A stretch of DNA of 64,000 bases, taken from an uncultured bacterium (GTDB taxonomy: Bacteria > Verrucomicrobiota > Verrucomicrobiia > Limisphaerales > UBA8199). The position numbers and the translations under genes are program-made. Where the stretch lies: contig CAVVMW010000001.1 of assembly GCA_963749495.1 (NCBI GenBank), positions 256,001 through 320,000 of the forward strand, in the 5' to 3' direction. This document shows positions 10,721 to 19,986 of this stretch, piece by piece (the stretch's first letter is position 1; the number at the start of each line of letters is the position of its first letter). The notes beneath the pieces are model-generated. The model had not been told where the DNA came from. It worked only from the letters and a program-made list of their open reading frames with translations, and did not search any database.

Positions 10721-10965
10721 TCGGCCATCTTCTGCTGGACGGCTTCCGTAATCGTGTTGACGTTCCGGAATATCTCCTTGGCCGCCTCCGGGTCGCGGAT
10801 TTTCAAGCCAAAGTGCTTGTCCAAGGCCAGGACGAGTTGCAGCGCATTAACGGAGTCCAGACCTAAGCCCCCAGGACCGAACAGCGGCAGGTCATCGGCG
10901 ATTTCCGCCGGACTCATCTGGAGCATAAGGCTCTCGATTATCACGCCCTTAATTCGTTCTTTCAT
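10675..10965 (-). CDS. Acyl carrier protein
   Basis: PLFG.GGLGLDSV.AL phosphopantetheine site; convergent with fabG, overlapping its 3' end. Confidence 0.85.
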   Translation of the reverse strand: MKERIKGVIIESLMLQMSPAEIADDLPLFGPGGLGLDSVNALQLVLALDKHFGLKIRDPEAAKEIFRNVNTITEAVQQKMADHKMPPSTLSTEPVI

Positions 10966-11159
10966 ACCGTTTTCGGCTTCCAGGCTGCAGTATATCCTGC
11001 CGGCCGGTGGATTTTGTGCTGCAATGGGTTTTAGAGCAAGCCGGAAATCGGGCCGGAAATCAGATGATCAGATCGCAGTTGGGTGCAAATCAGGCGCAGG
11101 CCGATCACCGGAAGCCCGAGCGTGATGGCTTCCCGGAGGATGCAGTCGTTGATAATCAA

Positions 11160-11235
11160 TGGTAGCGCGTACGGGAATCGAACCCGTCTTTCAGCCTTGA
11201 GAGGGCCGTGTCCTGAACCGATAGACGAACGCGCC
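11160..11235 (-). tRNA. tRNA-Glu (anticodon CTC)
   Basis: Minus strand GGCGCGTTCGTCTATCGGTTCAGGACACGGCCCTCTCAAGGCTGAAAGACGGGTTCGATTCCCGTACGCGCTACCA: cloverleaf, T-loop GTTCGATTC, encoded CCA. Confidence 0.95.
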
Positions 11236-11289
11236 GAGTTGCGACTGCAAAAGATGCTAGCCGTTGCGGCCGAATTGTCAATCTCCCAG

Positions 11290-11321
11290 AAAAAGAAAGC
11301 CGCCCTTGCGGGCGGCTTTTT
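11290..11321 (-). terminator. Rho-independent terminator (possibly bidirectional)
   Basis: AAAGCCGCCC-TTGC-GGGCGGCTTT hairpin flanked by A/T runs, downstream of the PEP-CTERM gene. Confidence 0.85.
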
Positions 11322-11347
11322 GAAGGGGAAAAGCTGCAGGGCCTATA

Positions 11348-11978
11348 TTACTTCCGGCGGCGGAAGATCAACAGGGCGGCAGCGCCGAGGCCGGCCAGCG
11401 CGAAGGTGCTGGGCTCGGGAACGGAGGTCATGATCAAGTCACTGCCAACGTCGTTCCAGCCAGTAATGCCCGGCGGCGTGGGAACCGGCGGCACGCTGTA
11501 GTCGGCAGGTACTGTTCACGAAGGCGATTACACCAGCACGGGTATTCGCATCAGAACTGCCGAGCATCGCGCTAAAACTCGCAGCACTGGTATTCCACAT
11601 GGCGAGACCAACGACGACCTTACTGCCGGCGGGAGTGACATCAGGCATGTCCACCTCGCCGAGTGAGATGACGCCTTGGTTAGCTACCGTAATCGTCCCA
11701 GCGAGGGTCTTCTCGAGCTTGAACCCGGCGCCGACCAGGGCATTGTAGGCAGCTACGCCCGAGCCCGGACCAGCGGCAACGTTGATCCCAGCCGGAACGG
11801 CGGTCACACCGCTGAGTTCATACACTTCCAGGCCGTACACGCCGGAGTACCAGTTGCCAGCTTTGTCAAAAGCCACGCCATTGTTGAGGCTAGAGTTGTC
11901 CAGATTGATGGATCCTTGGGCGAATGCGCCCAGGGCGAACGCGAAGGCCGCAATGCCTGTGAGTACTAGTCTTTTCAT
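11348..11978 (-). CDS. PEP-CTERM sorting-domain surface protein (one frameshift near 11510, probably sequencing error)
   Basis: Signal peptide MKRLVL..AFAQG; shifted frame ends VPEPSTFALAGLGAAALLIFRRRK*. Confidence 0.85.
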
Positions 11979-12053
11979 AGTTCGGTTTAGTCTTGTTCTA
12001 ATTAGTGGTATTTGTCGTTTATCGTTTGTTCTTGGCGTTTCCTTTGGTTCGGT

Positions 12054-12749
12054 TTATTGAACGGTGAAATAGTTGCTCCAAACGCCGCCCGCCTGGCTGT
12101 TCAGCCAGAAGCCTTCGCCGACTGCGATGCTGGGCTCAGCAGGGGTCCAAGCGAGCACGCCGGTCTTGCTTTTGGTGAAGCTGTTAATCACATATTTGCC
12201 CTGAGTGATGCTCCACTGATAGACCTGGTCGCCCACCTGCGGGTTGCTGTAGCCCAGGACGGTCTGCAGGCCGCCCGCGAGGGGGATCATCGAGGACACG
12301 AGGCTGTAACCGCCGGCGGCAGGCACGTGCGTGTTCACGAGCGCACCCTGATCGACCTGGCCGACCGTGGTCAGGTTCGAGGACGTGCCGGTGAGGCCGC
12401 CGGTGGGGACATTCACCCAGGCGCCTTCACCCGGAGCCAGCGTGTTGGTGGCATTCCATGCAACCACGCCGGTCTTGCTCTTGGCGAGGCTGGCGATGTT
12501 GTACTTCGTGCCGCTCCACGTATAGACCGTGGTGCCCACGGGGACGGTGTTCGTCCCGAGGACATTGACTGTCGTATTGTTCGTGCCAGTCCCATCGAAG
12601 TCGAGTTGGTTGGCAATCAGTTGGAATCCCTCGATGAGAGGGATGTTGACGTATCCGACAACGTTTAGCGAGTAAACGTTTTGCGCCATCGATGTGAAGG
12701 CGCTGGCCGCGGCGAGAGCCGCAGCACAGATTAGTACTTTTGTTCTCAT
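12054..12749 (-). CDS. Secreted verrucomicrobial protein (NVYSLNVVGYVN family), function unknown
   Basis: Signal peptide, QNVYSLNVVGYVN start, two internal repeats ending PGEGAW / VGEGFW. Confidence 0.8.
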   Translation of the reverse strand: MRTKVLICAAALAAASAFTSMAQNVYSLNVVGYVNIPLIEGFQLIANQLDFDGTGTNNTTVNVLGTNTVPVGTTVYTWSGTKYNIASLAKSKTGVVAWNATNTLAPGEGAWVNVPTGGLTGTSSNLTTVGQVDQGALVNTHVPAAGGYSLVSSMIPLAGGLQTVLGYSNPQVGDQVYQWSITQGKYVINSFTKSKTGVLAWTPAEPSIAVGEGFWLNSQAGGVWSNYFTVQ

Positions 12750-12785
12750 ACTGTTTGTAGTTTGTGTGCTACCGTGTGTGCCCGC

Positions 12786-12814
12786 ACTATCTCAGAATAG
12801 GAATGGGGTGTCAA
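12786..12814 (-). promoter_or_regulatory. Sigma70-type promoter with upstream A-tracts
   Basis: Minus strand TTGACA-17 bp-GATAGT preceded by AAAAAAGTTCAAAAAAG. Confidence 0.55.
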
Positions 12815-12991
12815 CACTTTTTTGAACTTTTTTTGAACGTTTTTTCGACCTCGATTCGTTGAAAAACAAGGCCGCCGACTGTTCTCGTAAGTGGCTTGTA
12901 CACAATTGCTTGTGACGGGTGCGTTGCCTTCGCATCCCAGAGGTGGGGGGGTCTGGGGTATCAACCCCATAGGGGCCGAAGGCCCGTCATG

Positions 12992-14629
12992 TCACCTCCC
13001 GGGCGCGGGCGGCGGGGGGGCGGGCGCCGGGCGGGCATCGGGGGCGGGGGCGGCGAGGGTGTGGAGGCTGTGCGGGAATTTCGGTGATTCGAGCCAGTCG
13101 GCCAGCAGGTGCAGTTCGAGGGCGGTGAAGCCGACGCTGGACCTGCGCTTGAGCGAGAACTGGGCGGGTCCGGTTTGGGTGACTTCGGTTACGGAAGGCC
13201 AGAGCTTGGGTCCGGCCGCTATGAGCCAAGTCATGGCGGCGGAGGCCGGGGGCAATTCGGCCGTTCCTGTGACCAGGCGGATGGTCTGTCCGATGCGGAG
13301 CCAATTCTGAACGCGCGGGCCTGTGAGTTCCCAACTGTAAGCCACGAGGCCCTGCTGGTCTTGGAGCCGTTTGACCAGGTCCGCGGGAAGGGGGCGGCTG
13401 GCATTGGTGCCGGTGGCAGGAAACAGGCCGGCAAAGACGTAGCTCCTGCCCTCAGCCGTAATGGACTGGAGGAAGGGATAGATATAGGGGAGACCCTTCC
13501 AATCGAGGCCGTTGAACTCCTTTGCCTTCTGGAACCTGGCCAGGGGATTGCCGGCGAACCAGAGGTTGCACTTGGGCAGGAGCAGGTCCGTCAGCCGGGC
13601 GACCTGGTTGCTGGCGTCGGGCTGGGGCGCAGCGAAGAAGCTGAGCACCGGCAGGCCCTGGAGGGCCCAAAAAAAGACCTGGTCTGGCGGACTGCCGGCC
13701 TGGAGGCCCTTCCAGGCCCTGAGGGAGGCCAGCCACGGCCCAAGGCCCCGGACGGCGGTGAAACTGCTGACCTGGCCGGCGATGAGCGGGGCCGGGAACT
13801 GCCAGGGGTCGAGCTTGAGCTCCAGCGGTTTGGCGAAGTCGAGTTGGGCGTGTGTGAGGACGGTGGCGCCGTCGCCACTGGCCGAAAGGGAGGCCGAGGC
13901 GAGGTCCTCCGCCAGTGGGCAATCGAGGGCGAGCGCGGCTGCCAGTTGCCGGGGGTTGAACTGGGCCTCGAGCCAGCCGTTTGTGGGGGAGGCTCGGAAC
14001 GGCGTGCCTTCGCGCCCGATGCGCGCGGCGAACTCGTCCAGCAGGGGGCTCTGGTCTGAGGCCAGGCCCAGGAGCGTCCAGTCACCGGCGCGCGTGAGCC
14101 AGAGATGAATGTTCGCGCGCGATGCGCGATCGGTGACGGTCAATTGCCAGGCAATGGCGTGGTCCTGGGCGGAGGCGGGATGCGCGCCGGCGAGGGCCTG
14201 GAGCGCGGCGCTGACATTGGTTTGCCATAGGGCGGCGCGCTGGGGGTCGAGGCGGATGGCCAGGGCCAACTCACACGGCGGGGCGCCGGCCTGGCGTACC
14301 TCCAGATAAGACTCCCGGCAAAGCAGGTCCTCCAGCATAGGCCGGAGCAGGGCGCTGGAGGGCCGGGCGCCCGCGGTTTGAGTTGCGGCGGACCAACAGG
14401 CCAGCGCGCCCGCCAGCTTGTCCAGCGTCTGGGCCTCGAGTCTTGCGCTCTCGGCCAGGTTCCAAAGCGCCATCAGGCCGGCCGCATTGGTCTGGGCGGC
14501 CAGGCCCTGCTTGCCCAACCAATGGAGCCGGGCGACCGTTTGGTCTGCGGGCGCCGCAGGCACGCTTTCGCAGCCGAGGCCGGCCGCCACGGCTGCCAAC
14601 AGTCCGAGCACGACAGTTCTGGTGCACAT
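12992..14629 (-). CDS. Hypothetical lipoprotein
   Basis: Long ORF; from ATG 14629 a hydrophobic stretch then LGC lipobox; Pro-rich tail. Confidence 0.7.
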   Translation of the reverse strand: MCTRTVVLGLLAAVAAGLGCESVPAAPADQTVARLHWLGKQGLAAQTNAAGLMALWNLAESARLEAQTLDKLAGALACWSAATQTAGARPSSALLRPMLEDLLCRESYLEVRQAGAPPCELALAIRLDPQRAALWQTNVSAALQALAGAHPASAQDHAIAWQLTVTDRASRANIHLWLTRAGDWTLLGLASDQSPLLDEFAARIGREGTPFRASPTNGWLEAQFNPRQLAAALALDCPLAEDLASASLSASGDGATVLTHAQLDFAKPLELKLDPWQFPAPLIAGQVSSFTAVRGLGPWLASLRAWKGLQAGSPPDQVFFWALQGLPVLSFFAAPQPDASNQVARLTDLLLPKCNLWFAGNPLARFQKAKEFNGLDWKGLPYIYPFLQSITAEGRSYVFAGLFPATGTNASRPLPADLVKRLQDQQGLVAYSWELTGPRVQNWLRIGQTIRLVTGTAELPPASAAMTWLIAAGPKLWPSVTEVTQTGPAQFSLKRRSSVGFTALELHLLADWLESPKFPHSLHTLAAPAPDARPAPAPPPPAPGR

Positions 14630-14770
14630 AGCGCGCAGGCTTGTACAAAAAAGCGCGCCGCGGCGCAAACCCAATCGCAGCGGCAAAACGCCCCGGAGGC
14701 AGAATCATTGTTGGCAAAATCATTTTTCAGAAGGGCAAGCGCGCGGGGCCACCTCGACACTCGAAACTCC

Positions 14771-14797
14771 GAAACGTGAAACGTGAAACGTGAAACG
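14771..14797. repeat. Heptamer tandem repeat (GAAACGT)x4
   Basis: Seen directly; same unit as the TTTCACG arrays at 41.7, 47.8 and 52.1 kb. Confidence 0.9.
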
Positions 14798-14909
14798 CGC
14801 GGGCTGCAGGATTCCGTCGGCGATCGAGCCACGGGCCGCCAGGCTCGGCCCTCGTCCCGTCCGAAAGTTTGCGCTGGCGCGGGGGCGGGCGGGGCGGCAG
14901 AATGGCACA

Positions 14910-17438
14910 ATGCTGGTTTTTGCGCTGACGATATTCACGGGGGCGTTCCTGTTGTTCCAGGTGCAGCCGCTGATCGCCAAGTATATCCTGCCTTGGTTTG
15001 GCGGCGGGCCCGGTGTCTGGACCACGTGCATGCTCTTCTTCCAGGTGGTGCTGCTGGGCGGCTATGCCTACGCGCACGTTACTTCCCGGTGGTTGAAACC
15101 CCGCGCGCAGGCGCTTGTCCACCTGGTCCTGCTGGCCGCCGCCCTGGCCCTGCTGCCCATCACCCCGGCCGATGCTTGGAAACCGAGCGGCCCCGAACAC
15201 CCCGCCACGCGCATCCTCCTGCTGCTGGCTGCCAGCCTCGGCCTGCCCTATTTCGTGCTCTCCTCCACCGGCCCGCTCATGCAGCATTGGTTCAGCCTCT
15301 CCAAACCGGGCCGTTCCCCCTACCGGCTTTACGCCCTCTCGAACGCGGGCTCGCTCCTGGCGCTGCTGAGCTACCCGCTGTTCTTCGAAACCCACTTTGT
15401 CCGCAAAACGCAGGCCGCGCTCTGGAGCTGCGGCCTGGTCCTCTTCGTGCTCCTCTGCGCCGGCTGCGCCCTGGCGGTGTGGAGGGCGAAAAAAGCAGTC
15501 CACAGTCCAGAGTCCACAGTCCACAGTCCAGAGTCCACAGTCCACAGTCCAGAGTCCACAGTCCACAGTCCAGAGTCCACAGTCCAGAGTTCAGAGTCCA
15601 CAGGCCACAGTCCACAGTCCACGGTCCACAGTCCACAGTCCACGGTCCACAGTCCACAGTCCACGGTCCATCCACCCTCCGTAGCAGAGCTACTGCGGAG
15701 GACGGGCAGTCCAGAGTTCAGAGTTCAGAGTCCACAGTCCACATATCTTCTCTGGTTGCTCCTGCCGGCGTGCGCCTCGCTGATGCTGCTGGCGTTGACC
15801 AACAAGATGTGCCAGGACGTGGCGGTGATGCCCTTCCTGTGGGTGTTGCCGCTCTCCATTTATTTGCTGAGTTTCATTATCTGCTTTGATAGCCCGCGCT
15901 GGTATGAGCGGGTGCCGTTCCGGTTGCTGCTGGTCGGGGCGCTGGGGGCGTTGTATTGGGCGATTCCCAAGGGCAACGAGACGCCGCTGGCGTTGCTGCT
16001 GGCGGTCTATTCGGCGGCGCTGTTCATCTGCTGCATGGTATGTCATGGAGAGCTGTACCGGCTCAAACCGGAGCCGGAGCGGTTGACGACGTTTTACTTG
16101 ATGATAGCGGCTGGCGGGGCGCTGGGGGGAGTGCTGGTGGCGGTGGTGGCGCCGATGGTCTTTAGTGATTACTTCGAATTGCAGTGGGGGGCAGTGGGGT
16201 GCGGGGTGCTGGCCCTGGCGGCGTGGGCGCGGGACCGAAGGCCGGAGGGCGTGAGACAATGCCGTTGGCTGGCGTGGGTGCTGCCTCTGGTGGTGCTGCT
16301 GGCGGTGGACCGGCTGCTGGCCTGGCTGGGCGCGCGTTGGGGCGAGGGCCTGAGGACCGGGTTGGTGGTGGCGCGGATTGCAGTGGGGGCGTTTTTGCTG
16401 CACCTGGCTTACCTTGGCCTTGAGAGCCGGGCGCTGGAGCGGCCTGGGGCGCGGCTGTGGCCGGCTTTGGTGCTGGCATTTGTGCCCTGGGCGGGGAGGA
16501 ATCGCTTCAGCCAGTACGAGCATTGGCCGCGCCTGGCGTGCGGGTGGCTGGCGGCGGGCCTGGCGGCGCTGGGCGTCGGGCTGTGGCTGCAGGCGCACCA
16601 CCTCGGCAACCTGGTAGTCGAAAGGACGCGCAACTTTTATGGCGTGCTGACCATCATCGAGCCTTCCCGGGACGACCCGGTGCACCATCATCGCCAGTTG
16701 TTGCACGGGCAGATTCTGCACGGGCTGCAGATGGTTGACCCGGTTGGGGCGACCTGGCCGACGGCTTATTTCATCGAAAAGAGCGGGGTCGGGCTGGCGA
16801 TGCGGGCCTTGCCCAAGGCGGGTCGGCGCGTGGGCGTGGCGGGCCTGGGCATCGGCACGCTGGCGGCCTACGCGCGCAGCAACGACTATTTCTGCTTTTA
16901 TGAGATCAATCCCGAGGCCCTGCGGATGGCCGAATCGGGGTTCACTTATCTCAATCATTGCCGCGCCCCCTGGCGCTGCAAACTGGGAGACGCGCGGCTG
17001 GTGCTTGAGCAGGAGCCACCCCAGCAGTATGACCTGCTCGCCCTGGATGCCTTTGCGGGCGACTCGCCCCCCGTGCACCTGCTCACGCAGGAGGCCTTCC
17101 AGTGTTACCAGCGCCACCTCAAGACCAATGGCATCATCGCCGTCAATATCTCCAACAGCTACCTGGACCTCGAGTCGGTTGTCACCAATGCCGCCCGCCA
17201 GCTCGGCTTCGACTTCGCCGTGATCGAGGCAAATCCCTCGGACCCGGCGGTCGCCCAGTCCAGTCCCACCGGCGAGACCTGGTGGATGATGTCCTCGACC
17301 TGGGTGCTGCTCTCGCACGACCGCGAGTTCCTCGATACCCCGTCCATCCGCCAGGCCGCCAGGCCCGCCCACGTCCCGCCCGGCAAAGTCCGCCTCTGGA
17401 CCGACGACTTCACCAGCCTGTTCCAGGTGATGAAATGA
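14910..17438 (+). CDS. Fused multi-TM / spermidine-synthase-like SAM-binding protein, paralog 1
   Basis: AFLLFQVQPLIAK..LPWFGG, PYRLYALSN.GS, CHGELYRLKP, RNFYGVL, GLGIGTLAAY, YEINP, GDARL, LDAF.GD..PVHLLT.EAF. Confidence 0.85.
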   Translation: MLVFALTIFTGAFLLFQVQPLIAKYILPWFGGGPGVWTTCMLFFQVVLLGGYAYAHVTSRWLKPRAQALVHLVLLAAALALLPITPADAWKPSGPEHPATRILLLLAASLGLPYFVLSSTGPLMQHWFSLSKPGRSPYRLYALSNAGSLLALLSYPLFFETHFVRKTQAALWSCGLVLFVLLCAGCALAVWRAKKAVHSPESTVHSPESTVHSPESTVHSPESTVQSSESTGHSPQSTVHSPQSTVHSPQSTVHPPSVAELLRRTGSPEFRVQSPQSTYLLWLLLPACASLMLLALTNKMCQDVAVMPFLWVLPLSIYLLSFIICFDSPRWYERVPFRLLLVGALGALYWAIPKGNETPLALLLAVYSAALFICCMVCHGELYRLKPEPERLTTFYLMIAAGGALGGVLVAVVAPMVFSDYFELQWGAVGCGVLALAAWARDRRPEGVRQCRWLAWVLPLVVLLAVDRLLAWLGARWGEGLRTGLVVARIAVGAFLLHLAYLGLESRALERPGARLWPALVLAFVPWAGRNRFSQYEHWPRLACGWLAAGLAALGVGLWLQAHHLGNLVVERTRNFYGVLTIIEPSRDDPVHHHRQLLHGQILHGLQMVDPVGATWPTAYFIEKSGVGLAMRALPKAGRRVGVAGLGIGTLAAYARSNDYFCFYEINPEALRMAESGFTYLNHCRAPWRCKLGDARLVLEQEPPQQYDLLALDAFAGDSPPVHLLTQEAFQCYQRHLKTNGIIAVNISNSYLDLESVVTNAARQLGFDFAVIEANPSDPAVAQSSPTGETWWMMSSTWVLLSHDREFLDTPSIRQAARPAHVPPGKVRLWTDDFTSLFQVMK
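15497..15743. repeat. In-frame heptamer array (AGTCCAC/AGTCCAG) with an embedded small palindrome, inside paralog 1
   Basis: 247 bp; includes CCTCCGTAGCAGAGCTACTGCGGAGG hairpin near 15676-15701. Confidence 0.9.
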
Positions 17439-17531
17439 CAGATGTCGTTGGGCTCGGGGCGCTCGACACTCGACACTCCTGTCTGGCAGTTTGCGCTGGC
17501 GCGGGGGCGGGCAGGCCGGCAGAATGGCACG

Positions 17532-19877
17532 ATGCTCGGTTTTGGGTTGACGATATTCACGGGAGCATTCCTGTTGTTCCAGGTGCAGCCCCTGATCGCC
17601 AAGTATATCCTGCCTTGGTTTGGCGGCGGGCCAAGCGTCTGGACCACTTGCATGCTCTTCTTCCAGGCGCTGCTGCTGGGCGGCTATTGTTACGCGCACC
17701 TCACCTCGAAATGGCTCAGGCCCCGCGCGCAGGCCTTGGTCCACGTGATCCTGCTGGCCCCCGCCCTGGCCCTGCTCCCCATCACCCCGGCCGATGCCTG
17801 GAAACCGGCCAGCCCCGAACACCCCACGCTGCGAATCCTCCTGCTGCTGGCTGCCAGCCTCGGCCTGCCCTATTTCGTGCTCTCCTCCACAGGCCCGCTC
17901 CTGCAGCAATGGTTCAGCCTCTCCAACCCGGGCCGTTCGCCCTACCGGCTTTACGCCCTCTCGAACGTGGGCTCGCTGCTGGCGCTGCTGAGCTACCCGT
18001 TTTTCTTCGAGACCCATTTCGCGCGCAAGACGCAGGCCGCGCTTTGGAGCTGCGGCCTGGTCCTCTTCGTGCTCCTGTGCGCCGGCTGCGCCCTGGCGGT
18101 GTGGAGGGCGAAAAAAGCAGTCCAGAGTCCAGAGTCCAGAGTCCACAGTCCAGAGTCCACAGTCCACAGTCCACAGTCCACATATCTTCTCTGGTTGCTC
18201 CTGCCGGCGTGCGCCTCGGTGATGTTGCTGGCGTTGACCAACAAGATGTGCCAGGACGTGGCGGCCATACCGTTGTTGTGGGTGTTGCCGCTGTCAATTT
18301 ATCTGCTGAGTTTCATCGTTTGCTTTGACAGTCCGCGCTGGTATGAGCGGGTGCCGTTCCGGGTGCTGCTGGTGGGGGCGCTGGGGGCGTTGTATTGGGC
18401 GATTCCAAAGGGCAACGAGACAGCGCTGGGTCCGCTGCTGGGGGTGTATTCGGGGGCGCTGTTCATCTGCTGCACGGTGTGCCACGGGGAGCTTTACCGG
18501 CTCAGACCGGAGCCGGAGCGGCTGACGACGTTTTACCTGATGATAGCGGCGGGCGGGGCGCTGGGCGGGGTGTTGGTGGCGGTGGTGGCGCCGATGGTCT
18601 TTAGTGATTACTTCGAATTGCAGTGGGGGGCAGTGGGGTGCGGGGTGCTGGCCCTGGCGGCGTGGGCGCGGGACCGAAGGCCGGAGGGCGTGAGACAATG
18701 CCGTTGGCTGGCGTCGGTGCTGCCTCTGGTGGTGCTGCTGGCGGTGGACCGGCTGCTGGCCGGGTTGGGGGCGCATTGGGGGGAGGGCCCGCGGACGGGG
18801 CTGGTGGTGGTGCGGATTGCGGAGGGGGCGTTCCTGCTCCAATTGGCCTACGTTGGGCTGGAGACGCAGGCGCTGGACCAGCCTGGGGCGCGGCTGTGGC
18901 CGGCGTTGGTGCTGGCCTTTGCGCCTTGGGCGGGGGGAAAGCGCTTCAGCCGGTACGGGCATTGGCGGGCGCTGGCGTGCTGGTGGCTGGCAGCGGGTCT
19001 GGTTGTGCTGGGCATCGGGCTGTGGCAGAAGGCCAACCGGGCGACCACCCTGGTGGTGGAAAGGGCGCGCAATTTCTACGGCGTGCTCACCGGTACTCGA
19101 GGATGCCCGGGCGATCCGGCGCACCACAATCGTGAGTTGGTCCACGGGCGGACTTTGCACGGGCTCCAGTTGGTTGACTCGAATGTGGCCGCCATTCCGA
19201 CGCTCTATTACTGCGAGACCAGCGGCATTGGGCTGGCCTTGCGCGCCCTGCCCGGCAACGGCCGGCGCATCGGCCTGGTCGGCCTGGGCGTCGGCACCCT
19301 GGCTGCTTATGCCCGGACCAATGACGTCTTTCGGTTTTACGAAATCAACCCTCAAGTGCAGCGCCTGGCCGAAAAGCACTTCAGTTACCTGGCGCGTGCC
19401 CCGAGAGAAGTCGTCATCCAGCTCGGCGATGCCCGGCTCTCGCTGGAGCGCGAGCCTCCGCAAAAGTTCGACCTGCTCGCGCTCGATGCCTTCAGCGGCG
19501 ACTCCGTCCCCGTGCACCTGCTCACCCGAGAGGCCTTTGCGCTGTATGAGCGCCACCTCAAACCCCACGGCCTCATCGCCGTCCACATCACCAACCGCTA
19601 CCTCGATTTCGAGCCCGTGGTGCTCAACGCCGCCCGCGAACTCAACTTCGACTCGCTCGTCATCGACGCAAACCCTTTGGACCCGGCGGCGGTGCAAACC
19701 AGTCCCACGGGCCAGACCTGGTGGATGCTGGCCTCGACCTGGGTGCTGCTCTCGCACGACCGCCAGCTCCTCAGTACCCCGTCCCTCTACGACGCCGCCA
19801 GACCCCCTCGATTCATGCCCGGCAAAGTCCGCCTCTGGACCGACAACTTCACCAGCCTGTTCCAGGTGATGAAATGA
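17532..19877 (+). CDS. Fused multi-TM / spermidine-synthase-like SAM-binding protein, paralog 2
   Basis: Same motifs as paralog 1; highly similar membrane region, more divergent C-terminal domain. Confidence 0.85.
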   Translation: MLGFGLTIFTGAFLLFQVQPLIAKYILPWFGGGPSVWTTCMLFFQALLLGGYCYAHLTSKWLRPRAQALVHVILLAPALALLPITPADAWKPASPEHPTLRILLLLAASLGLPYFVLSSTGPLLQQWFSLSNPGRSPYRLYALSNVGSLLALLSYPFFFETHFARKTQAALWSCGLVLFVLLCAGCALAVWRAKKAVQSPESRVHSPESTVHSPQSTYLLWLLLPACASVMLLALTNKMCQDVAAIPLLWVLPLSIYLLSFIVCFDSPRWYERVPFRVLLVGALGALYWAIPKGNETALGPLLGVYSGALFICCTVCHGELYRLRPEPERLTTFYLMIAAGGALGGVLVAVVAPMVFSDYFELQWGAVGCGVLALAAWARDRRPEGVRQCRWLASVLPLVVLLAVDRLLAGLGAHWGEGPRTGLVVVRIAEGAFLLQLAYVGLETQALDQPGARLWPALVLAFAPWAGGKRFSRYGHWRALACWWLAAGLVVLGIGLWQKANRATTLVVERARNFYGVLTGTRGCPGDPAHHNRELVHGRTLHGLQLVDSNVAAIPTLYYCETSGIGLALRALPGNGRRIGLVGLGVGTLAAYARTNDVFRFYEINPQVQRLAEKHFSYLARAPREVVIQLGDARLSLEREPPQKFDLLALDAFSGDSVPVHLLTREAFALYERHLKPHGLIAVHITNRYLDFEPVVLNAARELNFDSLVIDANPLDPAAVQTSPTGQTWWMLASTWVLLSHDRQLLSTPSLYDAARPPRFMPGKVRLWTDNFTSLFQVMK
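18119..18182. repeat. In-frame heptamer array (AGTCCAS)x9 inside paralog 2
   Basis: 63 bp, at the same position as the longer array in paralog 1. Confidence 0.9.
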
Positions 19878-19986
19878 CCGAATGCGGAGTGCGCAATGCG
19901 CAGTGCGGAGTGTTCCGGTGGGAATGTTGGGTCTGGATTGCGGCGCGGGGAATGACGAATGACGAATGACGAATCACCAATGACAA

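Noticed and set aside
11028..11037. GTTTTAGAGC, the start of a type II CRISPR repeat
   Set aside because: Single 10-mer, no second copy, no cas9; treated as chance.
15690..18167. 825 aa minus-strand ORF, and similar long antisense ORFs such as 49665-51824 and 18294-19757
   Set aside because: Shadow frames of well-supported genes in high-GC DNA; no recognisable motifs.
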